From contig JAOPTT010000001.1 of the NCBI GenBank assembly GCA_051531975.1, forward strand, positions 1-64,000: a stretch of DNA of 64,000 nt. Direction: 5' to 3'. The position numbers and the translations under genes were made by a program. Positions 1 to 10,579 of this stretch are shown one piece after another. Source of the stretch: Spirochaetaceae bacterium. GTDB taxonomy: Bacteria > Spirochaetota > Spirochaetia > DSM-2461. Numbering within the stretch: the first letter of the stretch is position 1; every line of letters starts with the position of its first letter. Under the pieces are notes generated by a model, which was given only the letters and a program-made list of their open reading frames with translations, was not told where the DNA came from and ran no database searches.

Positions 1-1243
1 TATATAGATCTCCAATTGCTCCCTGAGAAGCAGGAGTATTTATTAAAATCCGACCAGTTTTCATTATGCTGCCAAAAGTATTTATTCTGTCCTGGTTCAT
101 TAAGTCAGTATATAAAACTGAAGTATGACCAAATCCACCTAGTTCTACTAATATCCTACCCTTATCAACAATCTCATCAAAATCTTTACCGCTATACATG
201 GCCAGTATTGGAGAGAGTTTTTCATGGGCAAATGCTTCACTTCTATCTGTTTTTGTCACTTCACCAATTAATACTTTTGCGTTTTGTTCAACTTTAAATC
301 CTGCTAAAGCTGCAATTTTAAATGCTGATTGACCAACAATTGCCGCATTTATTGTTCCTTTCTCTGTGAGAATAAGTTTAGCAATTTTATCTTTTTGTTC
401 TTTAGTTAAAATATGAGCTCCACGCTTTTTAAACTCATCCTTTACAGCTTTATATACATCCTTATGAACAATTACAGATTGTTCTGAAGCACAAATAACA
501 CCATTGTCAAATGTTTTACTTACAAGAATTGAAGATACAGCTGTTTTTATATCAGCACTTTCATCTATTACTGCAGGTGTATTTCCAGCACCTACACCAA
601 TAGCAGGTTTACCTGATGAGTAGGCAGCCTTTACCATTCCAGGTCCACCTGTTGCTAATATTAAATTTATTTTTGGATGTGTCATTAGGTGGTTTGATAG
701 ATCCATAGAAGGTTCCGTAACCCAACCTATTAGATCTTTTGGAGCACCAGCTTCTACTGCTGCATCTCTTATTATTCTTGCTGCCTGGATAGTAGCGTTT
801 TTTGCCCTTGGGTGAGGAGAAATAACTACAGCATTTCTTGTTTTTAATGCTATTAAACATTTAAATATCGCTGTGGAAGTTGGATTCGTAGTTGGAATAA
901 TTGCACAAATAACACCATATGGCTCAGCTATTTTCTTAATTCCGTATGCCTTATCTTCTTCGATGATTCCACAGGTTTTTGAATCTTTATACTGATGAAA
1001 TATAAACTCGGAAGCAAAGTGGTTTTTAATAACTTTATCCTCCATAATTCCCATTCCTGTCTCAGTTGCTGCAAGTTTAGCCAATGAAATACGCTGTTCA
1101 TTAGCTCGAATTGATGCAATTCTAAAAATCTCATCAACCTGAACCTGATCATAGTGGCTATATAACTTCTGTGCTTCGCTTACTTTATTAACTACAGAAT
1201 CCAATTCTTCGATACTCATTACAGTTTTTTTCTTTTCTTTCAT
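1..1243 (-). CDS. adhE: Bifunctional acetaldehyde-CoA/alcohol dehydrogenase, N-terminal part (runs off the left edge; absent from the ORF track)
   Basis: My translation from ATG at 1243 (GAGG RBS upstream): MKEKKKTVMSIEELD...ETGMGIMEDKVIKNHFASE...AEPYGVICAIIPTTNPTSTAIFK...LATGGPGMVKAAYSSGKPAIGVGAGNTP...KTFDNGVICASEQ...MKTGRILINTPASQGAIGDLY, the typical AdhE aldehyde dehydrogenase half. Confidence 0.93.
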   Translation of the reverse strand, partial: MKEKKKTVMSIEELDSVVNKVSEAQKLYSHYDQVQVDEIFRIASIRANEQRISLAKLAATETGMGIMEDKVIKNHFASEFIFHQYKDSKTCGIIEEDKAYGIKKIAEPYGVICAIIPTTNPTSTAIFKCLIALKTRNAVVISPHPRAKNATIQAARIIRDAAVEAGAPKDLIGWVTEPSMDLSNHLMTHPKINLILATGGPGMVKAAYSSGKPAIGVGAGNTPAVIDESADIKTAVSSILVSKTFDNGVICASEQSVIVHKDVYKAVKDEFKKRGAHILTKEQKDKIAKLILTEKGTINAAIVGQSAFKIAALAGFKVEQNAKVLIGEVTKTDRSEAFAHEKLSPILAMYSGKDFDEIVDKGRILVELGGFGHTSVLYTDLMNQDRINTFGSIMKTGRILINTPASQGAIGDLY

Positions 1244-1489
1244 TTTTTCCTCTTATATGCAATTATATTTATAAGTATAATTTTATCTATATTTAGATAT
1301 CGATAATAATTTAACCAATAAAATTATAGATGTCAATCGAATTTCATAAAAAATAAATTGAGTTTGATAGTCTTGTGAAGTTTGATAAGAATTAATATGA
1401 ACAATTTTAGGCTTATATTCAAAAGTTCGCAAATAGACATAATTAGTATATAATTTGAATCATAGATATTAAAAAATGGAGTTTTATTT

Positions 1490-2299
1490 ATGTCAAAATT
1501 TGATTTTATCAAGGGTGTATCATCTAATAAGATACCCTATACCAAGTGGGGTTGTGGTTCAAAAAATATGATTATTTTTTCTGGTGGTCCTGGGAACATG
1601 TTACCAAGTAAACCGGATATGATGACTAAACAATATAATCCTTTTCTAGAAGATTATACGATCCATATGGTTGCAAGAAAAGCAGGTCTAGTTAATGGAT
1701 ATACTACAGAAAATATTGCTGATGATTACGCTTCTATGATTAATAATGATTTGGGTGGCAAAGTCTCTGTTGTTATTGGTGAGTCTTATGGTGGTATGGT
1801 TATGCAGCACTTTGCATCAAAATATTCAGATTTAAGTGATAAATTTATAATATTAGTTGCAGCCAATAAAATAAGTGAAATTGGCCGGGATGTTGATTAT
1901 ACTTTCAGCCGTTTACTGAGCCTGGGAAAACCTAGAAAAGCAGCGGCAAAAATAGCTGAAGCCTTAGTGAATCCTGGGTTAGGACAAATACTATTAAAAG
2001 GAATGATGTGGTTAATTGGTGGTTCTATTGTTGATACATCCCAGGTTACATTTACTCAGGATATTATGATAGAAGCTGAAGCTGAATTAAATCATGATGC
2101 AACCGATGCACTAAAAAAAATAACTGTTCAGGTTCTTATTATCTGTGGTGATTCTGATATTTATTTTCCTATTGAATTTGTAGAAGAAACAGCAAATCTT
2201 ATACCAAATAGTTTATTAAAGATATATGAAGGTAAAGGACATATGAGTACTATTAGTGACAAAAGGTTAATTAAAGATATTCAGGAGTTTATAAATTGA
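1490..2299 (+). CDS. Alpha/beta fold hydrolase
   Basis: GESYGG nucleophile elbow, ICGDSD, C-terminal GKGH. Confidence 0.85.
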   Translation: MSKFDFIKGVSSNKIPYTKWGCGSKNMIIFSGGPGNMLPSKPDMMTKQYNPFLEDYTIHMVARKAGLVNGYTTENIADDYASMINNDLGGKVSVVIGESYGGMVMQHFASKYSDLSDKFIILVAANKISEIGRDVDYTFSRLLSLGKPRKAAAKIAEALVNPGLGQILLKGMMWLIGGSIVDTSQVTFTQDIMIEAEAELNHDATDALKKITVQVLIICGDSDIYFPIEFVEETANLIPNSLLKIYEGKGHMSTISDKRLIKDIQEFIN

Positions 2300-2413
2300 C
2301 TAAATCAGCTAATACACATTCATAAACTGAAAGAAATAAGCTGTGTAAAATTATATGAATAATAAAAAAAATTATGATGGAATAATTGATTATATAAAAT
2401 TATAATTTTATAT

Positions 2414-2797
2414 ATGAAAGATTCAATTGATGACTTAGAAAAAGAATTAGTAGATTATAGAAAACAAAAAGAGAAGGTTGAAAAAATTGTAAACCTTATA
2501 GGTGGCAAGAAAGGTTTTAAGAGAATGATTGTAATAGATACAATTTTAATTATATCCTTAGTTGTTATATTCCTTTTAGACTTAGCCCATCATATATTTG
2601 GGCTCGCAATTGCTCCAGGGTTATTAACTCTTGAAGTAGGTGTATTACTAATATCAGTAAAAGTACTTTGGATAGCCCATAAGAGAAATCAATCAGAGCA
2701 CTTTATGTTTTGGTTCCTATCATCATTAGATTCAAAACTTAATTTAACTATAGATGAGATTCGTGAGCTTAAAGATGAACTAAAGAGCAAGAAATGA
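2414..2797 (+). CDS. Hypothetical membrane protein (two TM segments, coiled-coil ends)
   Basis: 127-aa ORF with two hydrophobic stretches and charged termini. Confidence 0.7.
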   Translation: MKDSIDDLEKELVDYRKQKEKVEKIVNLIGGKKGFKRMIVIDTILIISLVVIFLLDLAHHIFGLAIAPGLLTLEVGVLLISVKVLWIAHKRNQSEHFMFWFLSSLDSKLNLTIDEIRELKDELKSKK

Positions 2798-2857
2798 CCC
2801 ATATTTACAATAAGAAATATTTCTGTGTACAATAATAGGTGTGATTTTGTATATTTA

Positions 2858-5800
2858 TTACGATATATCAACAAGTATATTTTCTAATTCTTGAATTGCA
2901 TCCTTCATTTTATACTTTAATAGAAGTGCATTTGATTTTTTAAGTCCCGCTAAACTAATTGAATTTATATTACTTGTTAAAATGGTATTGATTATTTCAA
3001 TTGCAGGTTTTGGCTTTCTTTTAGAAAGAGAGTCTATGGCTGAATAAATTTTATTTTTTATCTCATCTGATGTAAAAGTTATACTGGATTCATTAGTTGA
3101 AGTTTCTTCCATAAGTATATTACTAGATATTATGCGTTTTATAAGTGTATCCATTATTCTACTAACTTCTGACAATGAGACTTTAATATCCTCTCCACTT
3201 TTTAGTTTTTTCTCTACGATTTCAATATTCTTATGAACATCATCAGCACCTAAATTCCCAGCTACTCCTTTAAGGGTATGGGCTTCTCTTATAGCTTCAG
3301 AAACATTATTATTTTCTAATAGTTGTATTTTAGAACTTATATCCTTAAAATCTGTCACAAAACTTTTAATCAACTTTTTATATAATTTTCTATTATTTCC
3401 AACCCTTTTTAATCCTGTAGTTATATCAAGGCCATCAATTATTGGAATATCAATATCATTTATATTTTTTTTATCTTTTGAATAGTTTAATGGTAATTCA
3501 CGCTTCTTTGGTTTTATATGTTTAACTAGAGTAACCCATAAATTGTTTGTATCTATTGGTTTTGTTATATAATCATCCATTCCAACTTTAAGAACTGTCT
3601 CTTTTACACCCGACATTGCGTCTGCAGTCATGGCAACTATTGGAAGTTTATCAAACTCTTCTAATTTTCTAATTTCAAGGGTAGCTTCAGCACCACCCAT
3701 AACAGGCATTTGTAAATCCATTAGAACTATATCGTAATCTTTACTTTTAACCATCTGGATTGATATTTCTCCATTATCTGCAATATCAACATAAAATCCT
3801 TCCGCTTCTAATAACTCCTTAGCAACTTGTTGATTTATAATGTTATCTTCTACAAGTAGAACGTTAGCACCACGTATATTATCAAAATCAACAGGATACT
3901 TACTTATCTCTATCTCTTTAATATCTTGGGATTCATAATCCAAAGCCTGAAGAATTGTATTTAATAAAAGATCCTGATTAATAGGTTTTAAAACAAATCC
4001 TGAAAAATTATGCTTTCTAATTCCACTTATAATTTCATCCCTACCATAACTTGTAACAAGTATAAACTTAGGGCAATTCTCTGGACCAACTATAGATTTA
4101 ATCTTTTCAAATGTTTGAAATCCATTTAGTCCCGGCATACTATAGTCAATTAAAACTATGTCAAATTGATCTCTGTTATTACTTTGTAGATTTTCAAATA
4201 ATTGGATTGCTTCTTGGCCATTATCCACAGCCGTGGGATTTAATGAGAAATCCTTTGTATACTCTATTAATACTTCTCTACTCGTTGGATTATCATCGAT
4301 TATTAAAACATTCATTTTATTTAGTTCTTCTGGTATTATTTTCCTTTGTTGATCCTCTCTTATTTCAAACTTTCCAGAAAAATAGAATGTTGATCCTTCA
4401 CCTAAAATACTATTCACACCAATAGTACCACCCATTAATTCGGAAAGTGTTTTGCTTATTGAAAGACCTAATCCAGTACCTCCATACTTTCTTGTAGTAG
4501 TACTATCCGCTTGGGTAAATGCTTTAAATAATTTCCCTGACTGTTCTAGAGATAACCCTATGCCACTATCCCTTACCATAAATCTTAATTCTGCATATAT
4601 ATTATTAATTTGGACTAATTCTACAATTACAGAAATCTCCCCATTATCAGTAAATTTTATAGCATTATTTGTTAAATTAAGTAGAATCTGACCTAATCTT
4701 AATGGATCTCCAATTAACATTTTAGGTACATCTCTATTAATATTAAATACAAGTTCTAGTCCCTTATCTTTAACCTTTTCAGCAATCATATTTCCCAAAT
4801 TATCAAAAACATCTGTTAAGTTAAAGCTTATTAACTCCATTTCAAGTTTGCCTGCTTCAATCTTAGAAAAATCTAAAATATCATTTATTATACCTAATAG
4901 ACTATATGACGAGGAGTATATTTTATTAATGTAATCATCTTGTTTTGAATTCAAATTAGTTTTTTGCATTAAATGTGATAAGCCAATAATTGCGTTCATA
5001 GGTGTTCTTATTTCATGGCTCATATTAGCAAGAAACTCAGATTTACTCTTATTAGCTTGTTCTGCATCTTTCCTAGCAACAATTAGATCTTTTGTTGCGA
5101 TTTCAACCTTATGAGCAATTGAAGAGTTCTGTTTCAATAAAATATTAAATACAATTAGAATTAAAATAATTAGAAATATTCCACCAAATAGGACAACACG
5201 ACTTAAAGTTAAATCCGGTCCATTATTATAAGAGTTAAGAATTTGCCATGTAAATATTAGTTCAGAATGAGCTAAAGAGATACGATAATCTACAGTATCA
5301 ATATATTCATTATTACTGCGACCAGAAATATCAACATCTCTGCTACCAGGTATACTCTCACGACTTTTTAAAATAAGGTTTAAACCTTTTGGGACATATA
5401 GCTGATTCATAGAGTCTACAATAGTTGCTATATCTAAGAAACCTAAAATGACTAGTTTCTCTTTTTCTGTAGGTACATTGTATGCTATTGATAAATAATA
5501 TTTAGATGGATCTGATTTATCATAGGATAAAGACCCTAATATAATACTACCCTTTAACTGAAGTGATCGATCTAGTACATTTTCTATACCAACCCAATCA
5601 GATACTTTTGAGTTCATATCCCATTCACCATCATTACTTGAAACTAAAGATGTTAACCAGGGATCTATTGAACGTTCTCTTTTTATAGATACTATCTGTT
5701 TTAGAAAGTTAGCTGACTCTCTTTTATCTAACCTACCCGCTATACCATAAAACTCGTTTGGCGATACGTATTCGGAATATTCAAAAAAACTACCTACGCC

Positions 5801-5995
5801 ATACATAATTGCAAAATTTTCTTCAAGCCAACCTACCATTGTATTTGTTAGATTTGAACTCTCAACCAGAGCTCTATCCAACCAAACATCATTGGAATTT
5901 TTTGATATATTTATGCTTAAAAAAATAATACCTAAAATAAATATGACTGCAGTTATTATTAAAGCTATAGCAGATTTTAAGGTTTCTATTTTCAT
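2858..5995 (-). CDS. Hybrid sensor histidine kinase (periplasmic sensor, HisKA, HATPase, two REC, HPt)
   Basis: FLANMSHEIRTPMN H-box, GDPLRLGQILLNL, DSGIG, GGTGLGL, two receiver domains (LIDYSMP, LMDLQMP), AHTLKGVAGNLG HPt. Confidence 0.95.
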   Translation of the reverse strand: MKIETLKSAIALIITAVIFILGIIFLSINISKNSNDVWLDRALVESSNLTNTMVGWLEENFAIMYGVGSFFEYSEYVSPNEFYGIAGRLDKRESANFLKQIVSIKRERSIDPWLTSLVSSNDGEWDMNSKVSDWVGIENVLDRSLQLKGSIILGSLSYDKSDPSKYYLSIAYNVPTEKEKLVILGFLDIATIVDSMNQLYVPKGLNLILKSRESIPGSRDVDISGRSNNEYIDTVDYRISLAHSELIFTWQILNSYNNGPDLTLSRVVLFGGIFLIILILIVFNILLKQNSSIAHKVEIATKDLIVARKDAEQANKSKSEFLANMSHEIRTPMNAIIGLSHLMQKTNLNSKQDDYINKIYSSSYSLLGIINDILDFSKIEAGKLEMELISFNLTDVFDNLGNMIAEKVKDKGLELVFNINRDVPKMLIGDPLRLGQILLNLTNNAIKFTDNGEISVIVELVQINNIYAELRFMVRDSGIGLSLEQSGKLFKAFTQADSTTTRKYGGTGLGLSISKTLSELMGGTIGVNSILGEGSTFYFSGKFEIREDQQRKIIPEELNKMNVLIIDDNPTSREVLIEYTKDFSLNPTAVDNGQEAIQLFENLQSNNRDQFDIVLIDYSMPGLNGFQTFEKIKSIVGPENCPKFILVTSYGRDEIISGIRKHNFSGFVLKPINQDLLLNTILQALDYESQDIKEIEISKYPVDFDNIRGANVLLVEDNIINQQVAKELLEAEGFYVDIADNGEISIQMVKSKDYDIVLMDLQMPVMGGAEATLEIRKLEEFDKLPIVAMTADAMSGVKETVLKVGMDDYITKPIDTNNLWVTLVKHIKPKKRELPLNYSKDKKNINDIDIPIIDGLDITTGLKRVGNNRKLYKKLIKSFVTDFKDISSKIQLLENNNVSEAIREAHTLKGVAGNLGADDVHKNIEIVEKKLKSGEDIKVSLSEVSRIMDTLIKRIISSNILMEETSTNESSITFTSDEIKNKIYSAIDSLSKRKPKPAIEIINTILTSNINSISLAGLKKSNALLLKYKMKDAIQELENILVDIS

Positions 5996-7077
5996 GGAGC
6001 TTTTATGCTCATATTTATCCTAAAGCCAGCTGGTGCTAAGGAAGTTGTGGAATCAAAAGTTGCAATATTTGTAGTATCAACAATCTGTATTTGAGGTTCT
6101 ATATGTTTATAATACTCTTTTCTTTCAATTATCCGAATAATTGTATCAATTGCTATCCTTGATTGTAAAACTTGTAGATCAGTAGCGGCTGCGGAGATAT
6201 CTTTTCTAGTAATTCCTTTATGAATTCCCGCTGTATAATAGAACGAAGAAACATCAACTTTTTCTTTCAAACCCAAGTCCCTAATAACAGAAACAGCGAC
6301 TTCAGCAGTTACTGCAGTCCCAGAAATATATCTAATGTTTGGAAAATCTTGAAAAGCTTTCTTCATTAATTTTTCTTGAGTATTATGTCCAGTATCACCA
6401 TAATATGGACCATGAACAATTATATCTGAGTTTTTTATACTGTTATTAAATCCAGTATTTGCAGCTTCAACCCAACCTGCACCATCTGGTCCTGGAAACC
6501 AGCCAACTTCTAGTTTATCTATTTCTTTAGATTTGTTAAGGATTTTATCTCCTACAATTTTACCATTATCAACAAAATTAGAAGCTATTCTACACGAGAT
6601 ATATTCTGATCCAATGCCATTTATCAGATCAATTACTGGTATTTTTTTATCAGATGCTAATTCGACTAGATCATTTAAACCATCATAGGATACTGATGAT
6701 ATTATGATTCCATCTGGTTGCACATCTTCTATTAATCTTAAAAGCTGGGCTCTTTGCACTTCTAAGTTTTCGTAACCTCCAGCTTCTAAAATATCTAACT
6801 GTATCCCCATATTTTTAGCTTCATCAGTTAATCCATAAACAACACCTGTCCAATAATCATCTTTTAGATGTGGGATTACAACTGCAATTTTCCAAGGCTT
6901 TTTAGCTTCATTTAACATTTGATAAGTAGCTTCTTCTCTTAATAACTCAGTATTAAAAGGTGGATCTACTACATAAATTGCATAACTTTCTCCATATTGT
7001 TCTTTGTTTTCACAACTTACAAATAGAGATAATATAATAATTAATGTTATATTTGAAATAATTGTTTTAATTTTCAT
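5992..7077 (-). CDS. torT: TorT-like periplasmic binding lipoprotein (ORF track start 7107; likely start 7077)
   Basis: KPWKIAVVIPHLKDDYW...LDILEAGGY, GWFPGPDGAGWV, YYGDTG, GTAVTAE and SLAPAGFR match TorT hallmarks; lipobox-like LFVSC; overlaps the kinase start by 4 nt. Confidence 0.75.
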   Translation of the reverse strand: MKIKTIISNITLIIILSLFVSCENKEQYGESYAIYVVDPPFNTELLREEATYQMLNEAKKPWKIAVVIPHLKDDYWTGVVYGLTDEAKNMGIQLDILEAGGYENLEVQRAQLLRLIEDVQPDGIIISSVSYDGLNDLVELASDKKIPVIDLINGIGSEYISCRIASNFVDNGKIVGDKILNKSKEIDKLEVGWFPGPDGAGWVEAANTGFNNSIKNSDIIVHGPYYGDTGHNTQEKLMKKAFQDFPNIRYISGTAVTAEVAVSVIRDLGLKEKVDVSSFYYTAGIHKGITRKDISAAATDLQVLQSRIAIDTIIRIIERKEYYKHIEPQIQIVDTTNIATFDSTTSLAPAGFRINMSIKAP

Positions 7078-7242
7078 TAGTTTGCCTCTAATTATATTAT
7101 AATCCATTTAATGTAAATAAATCCTCTATTAATTTTTATTTCATAAAATGATAAAATTTAGATTTTTTAATAAATAGACGAACTTAGAAGATCAAAGTTT
7201 TAATTAAGATGAAGTTTTCTTAAATGAGTATATAAATATCAT

Positions 7243-8316
7243 TTATTTTTTAAGTAAAATATTCCAAAGCTTTACAGTGTAATATATAGGCATGTGACTT
7301 TCTATATTAGGGCTGAGTTCTTCATAGACCTCCTCTAAGTATTCAGACCAATCTTTTAAGCTGCTTTTCATATGATGTCTTATCTGTTTTATGTTCTGAT
7401 CAAGTTCATTAAAACTTTTAGGTAGAGACTTCCAGGACTCGACAATTTCTAACTCTCTTTTTTTCTCATCACTCTTTATCTCATCTTCGTCTATTAGACC
7501 ATTCCAATTATTTAAACTGTTTCTGCTGGATAGTGGAGCTCCATTTTTATCTAAATAAGTAAGCTCCCCTGTATCAACAAAATTAAAATTGATACTTGGT
7601 ATTTTAGGAGGAACAAGTGGGATTGGATCTCCAGAGTTTTCAATCCTAAATACAGGACGATTGTTTAGTAGTTTATTAAACTCCTCGTCTCCAACTCTAG
7701 GAGCACCAAAAATATATAGACCTGTTGCCTGTGGAATTTTAGCAAAACAGAGAGTTGCTAATGCTCCTCCAAGACTGTGCCCACAGATCCATATAGGTCT
7801 ATCTTCTGCTTCAGAAATCAACTTTTCTATATAGAGTCTAAGACCTGTGTTATGTTTAGGATTTTTTTTACTATAATCTTTACCTTTTTCTTCCCACACT
7901 TCGTTTAATGCATCTAAAAAACCATTATGGACTTTGCCTCCCTGGGGAAATGGTACAGGAAAGGTATTAAGATCTGTTGCAAGTTCATGGAAAAAAGAGA
8001 AACTACTGGTCTCTGTCCCTCTAAAAGCTATAATTACTGCATCGGCAGAAGATGTTACCATACACTCTGTTCCTGGACCATTAAAAAAATTAAACACAGG
8101 GAAATTAGCTAATTGGAAAGCCATCCTAACAAAACCTGGATGACAGTAGGCTAATAATGAGGCTTCGGATAACCACCAAGCATTAACTTCGGAGTAGCAT
8201 TGTTCGTTAGGTAAAAATGGGTATTTATCAATATTATTAAAATAGATATAGTCCATATTTGGTACATCACTTTCTTCTTTTAAAGGATCTGGTATAGTTT
8301 TTTTTAGAAGTTTCAT
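7243..8316 (-). CDS. Lipase class 3 family protein
   Basis: IAFRGTE, VHNGF, GHSLGGALA, FGAPRVG, DPIPLVP, terminal H. Confidence 0.9.
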   Translation of the reverse strand: MKLLKKTIPDPLKEESDVPNMDYIYFNNIDKYPFLPNEQCYSEVNAWWLSEASLLAYCHPGFVRMAFQLANFPVFNFFNGPGTECMVTSSADAVIIAFRGTETSSFSFFHELATDLNTFPVPFPQGGKVHNGFLDALNEVWEEKGKDYSKKNPKHNTGLRLYIEKLISEAEDRPIWICGHSLGGALATLCFAKIPQATGLYIFGAPRVGDEEFNKLLNNRPVFRIENSGDPIPLVPPKIPSINFNFVDTGELTYLDKNGAPLSSRNSLNNWNGLIDEDEIKSDEKKRELEIVESWKSLPKSFNELDQNIKQIRHHMKSSLKDWSEYLEEVYEELSPNIESHMPIYYTVKLWNILLKK

Positions 8317-8425
8317 AATATCTCCATCATACTTTATTAAATACTATATCTATAAAAATGCTTCTAATAAATAGTTCAAGTCACTCCCATCTCTTAATAT
8401 AATGTTATGCCACTATTTCATTTTA

Positions 8426-9400
8426 TTAAAACTTCACTTTACCAACAGCCACTTCACAGTTCTGCCAGAAGATTTCCATATTTTCTTTAGTTATAAGATC
8501 AGCTTCTGGTGTTAAGTTTTTTGGATAACCTCCCCATCCTTCAGGGCCAAAGAAGTCACCACTCTTAGCATTTTTATCCATTGATGCTCTAATAATACCT
8601 GTCGCACCATCTTCAGATGATTGAGCACTTTTCATAATTTCACTTTCAATATCCATACCACCTGTTTCAGCAGTTGTGATCTGTAGATTGGTTGCGGCTA
8701 ACCCGGGATGTGCAGCTAAAGACTTTATATTTGTTATATTCTTTTGAGCCAATTTTTCTTTTAAAGCATAGGTAAATACAAAGTTCGCTAATTTTGTTTG
8801 ATGATAACGTTCCCATCTAGGACCCTGAAAACTTGAATTATCTTCATCAGTTCCATTTCCACCAAGATTCCCTCCATTTTTACCAAAGTATTTAGATTGA
8901 AGAGGGCCTCCACGTCTTGCACCTGAAGTGTGACTTATAACCCTAGCTTCTTTACTAGCAACTAAAAGTGGTAATAAACCTTTAAATAATTGAAAATGTG
9001 AAATGACATTAGTTTGTATCTGAACATCATATCCATCAGCAGTTGCATAATCCTCAAATGCCATTACTCCAGCATTATTACATAAGATATCTATCACCTT
9101 GTATTTTGAATTAATTTCATCTATAGCGTTATTTACACTAACCAAACTTTGTAGATCACACTCTATTTGAGTAAACTTCCCATCTGGAACATCATTTTTT
9201 AGTTTACTTAAAGAGGCAGTTGCTCTACCACTGATACGATTAAGAAGTATAACTTCGGCACCTTTATCTGCTAATACTCGAGCTGCGACATAACCTGTAC
9301 CACTAGTTGTCCCTGTGATGGCTACAACTTGCCCATTCATGTTTTGTGAATAATTTTCAATTACAGTTGATAAATGAACTGTTTCAATTATTTTTGACAT
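8426..9400 (-). CDS. SDR family oxidoreductase (retinol dehydrogenase-like)
   Basis: TGTTSGTG, NNAGVM, YHQTKLAN, AHPG. Confidence 0.92.
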   Translation of the reverse strand: MSKIIETVHLSTVIENYSQNMNGQVVAITGTTSGTGYVAARVLADKGAEVILLNRISGRATASLSKLKNDVPDGKFTQIECDLQSLVSVNNAIDEINSKYKVIDILCNNAGVMAFEDYATADGYDVQIQTNVISHFQLFKGLLPLLVASKEARVISHTSGARRGGPLQSKYFGKNGGNLGGNGTDEDNSSFQGPRWERYHQTKLANFVFTYALKEKLAQKNITNIKSLAAHPGLAATNLQITTAETGGMDIESEIMKSAQSSEDGATGIIRASMDKNAKSGDFFGPEGWGGYPKNLTPEADLITKENMEIFWQNCEVAVGKVKF

Positions 9401-9560
9401 AGTTTCTCCTAAAATATTTAATTTTATATTCTTTATAATATGACAGCAAAAATCATAAATGAAGGCATAATAACGGCATATTCATGCCTATTCCTCTAAA
9501 AGATATTATTTATAGACAAATATTAAATTGTTATGTTAGAGTATATCATGAGGCAAACCG

Positions 9561-10424
9561 TTGAAAAAAATTATAGACATAGTAGATAAATTATCTCCTA
9601 ATGAAGGTTACAATTCTACAAATTTGAGTGAAATAGGTATCTACAGGGCTAGTTCTACCCAAGAAAGAGCTCCACTTTTATATAATCAGGGGGTACTTAT
9701 TTGTGTCCAAGGTGAAAAAAATATTTACTTAGAAGAGTCACTCTATAAATATGATAAAGATAACTATCTTGTAGTTACAGTACCTCTCCCAATTGAATAT
9801 GAAATTATTCTTGATGATAATAAACCTCTCTTGGCTATTAATGTGGATATTAATATTCAACTATTAAATAAAATCATACACCTGATGGGACAATCCATCG
9901 ATTATAATAAATTCAGTTATAATGAAAAAGAATCTGGATTATATACTTCTAGAGTTAATACTGAATTTCAAGAAATAGTTTATAGATTATTAAAAGTGCT
10001 TCAAAGTAAAGAAGAGACAAATGTCCTAGGTAAAGGTATCTACCAAGAGTTAATATATTACATTTTAAAATCAAGAAAATCAGCTCCACTTTATGCACTG
10101 ACAGCAAAAAACTCTAAATTATCTAAAGTAGAAATGGCCTTAAAAGAAATACATAATAACTTTTCACAAACAATACAGGTTGAAGATTTAGCTAAAATAG
10201 TAAGTATGAGTACTTCATCTTTTCACTATGCTTTTAAAGAGGTTACTTCTTCTACTCCTATTCAATACATTAAGAAGATAAGGCTTAATAAAGCCCGTAA
10301 TTATATTATCCAAGATGGATTGAGAGTTAATGAAGCTGCGAGTAAAGTAGGATATGAAAGTGTTAGCCAATTTTCTAGAGAATTTAAACGATACTATGGA
10401 GCTTCCCCTAAAGAGTTTTCGTAA
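9561..10424 (+). CDS. AraC family regulator (AraC_N type), divergent from the SDR
   Basis: MSTSSFHYAFKEVT...VGYESVSQFSREFKRYYG double HTH. Confidence 0.92.
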   Translation: MKKIIDIVDKLSPNEGYNSTNLSEIGIYRASSTQERAPLLYNQGVLICVQGEKNIYLEESLYKYDKDNYLVVTVPLPIEYEIILDDNKPLLAINVDINIQLLNKIIHLMGQSIDYNKFSYNEKESGLYTSRVNTEFQEIVYRLLKVLQSKEETNVLGKGIYQELIYYILKSRKSAPLYALTAKNSKLSKVEMALKEIHNNFSQTIQVEDLAKIVSMSTSSFHYAFKEVTSSTPIQYIKKIRLNKARNYIIQDGLRVNEAASKVGYESVSQFSREFKRYYGASPKEFS

Positions 10425-10464
10425 TTTGGTCATCCACAATATATTATTTTCAACAATTGTAGTA

Positions 10465-10572
10465 TCTAAACCTTGGGGAGCAAACAGAACTGTCTATGTT
10501 TACAAAACTGAGTTTGGTGTTATATGTGGTTTTACAGCTAAGATAATACAAGAGGTGCTGAAATCTCTTTAG
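10465..10572 (+). pseudogene. Possible 3' remnant of a Nudix CoA pyrophosphatase
   Basis: KPWGANRTVYVYKTEFGVICGFTAKIIQEVLKSL resembles the Y...IWGxTAxI C-terminus of CoA pyrophosphatases; no Nudix box upstream. Confidence 0.4.
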
Positions 10573-10579
10573 TCTGCTT

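Noticed and set aside
16..1152. ORF-track entries 16-297, 609-860 and 928-1152
   Set aside because: Shadow or alternative frames of adhE, which was omitted from the track because it has no stop inside the window
1373..1390. Rex operator upstream of adhE (TTGTGAAG...)
   Set aside because: Only one half-site matches TTGTGAA-N4-TTCACAA
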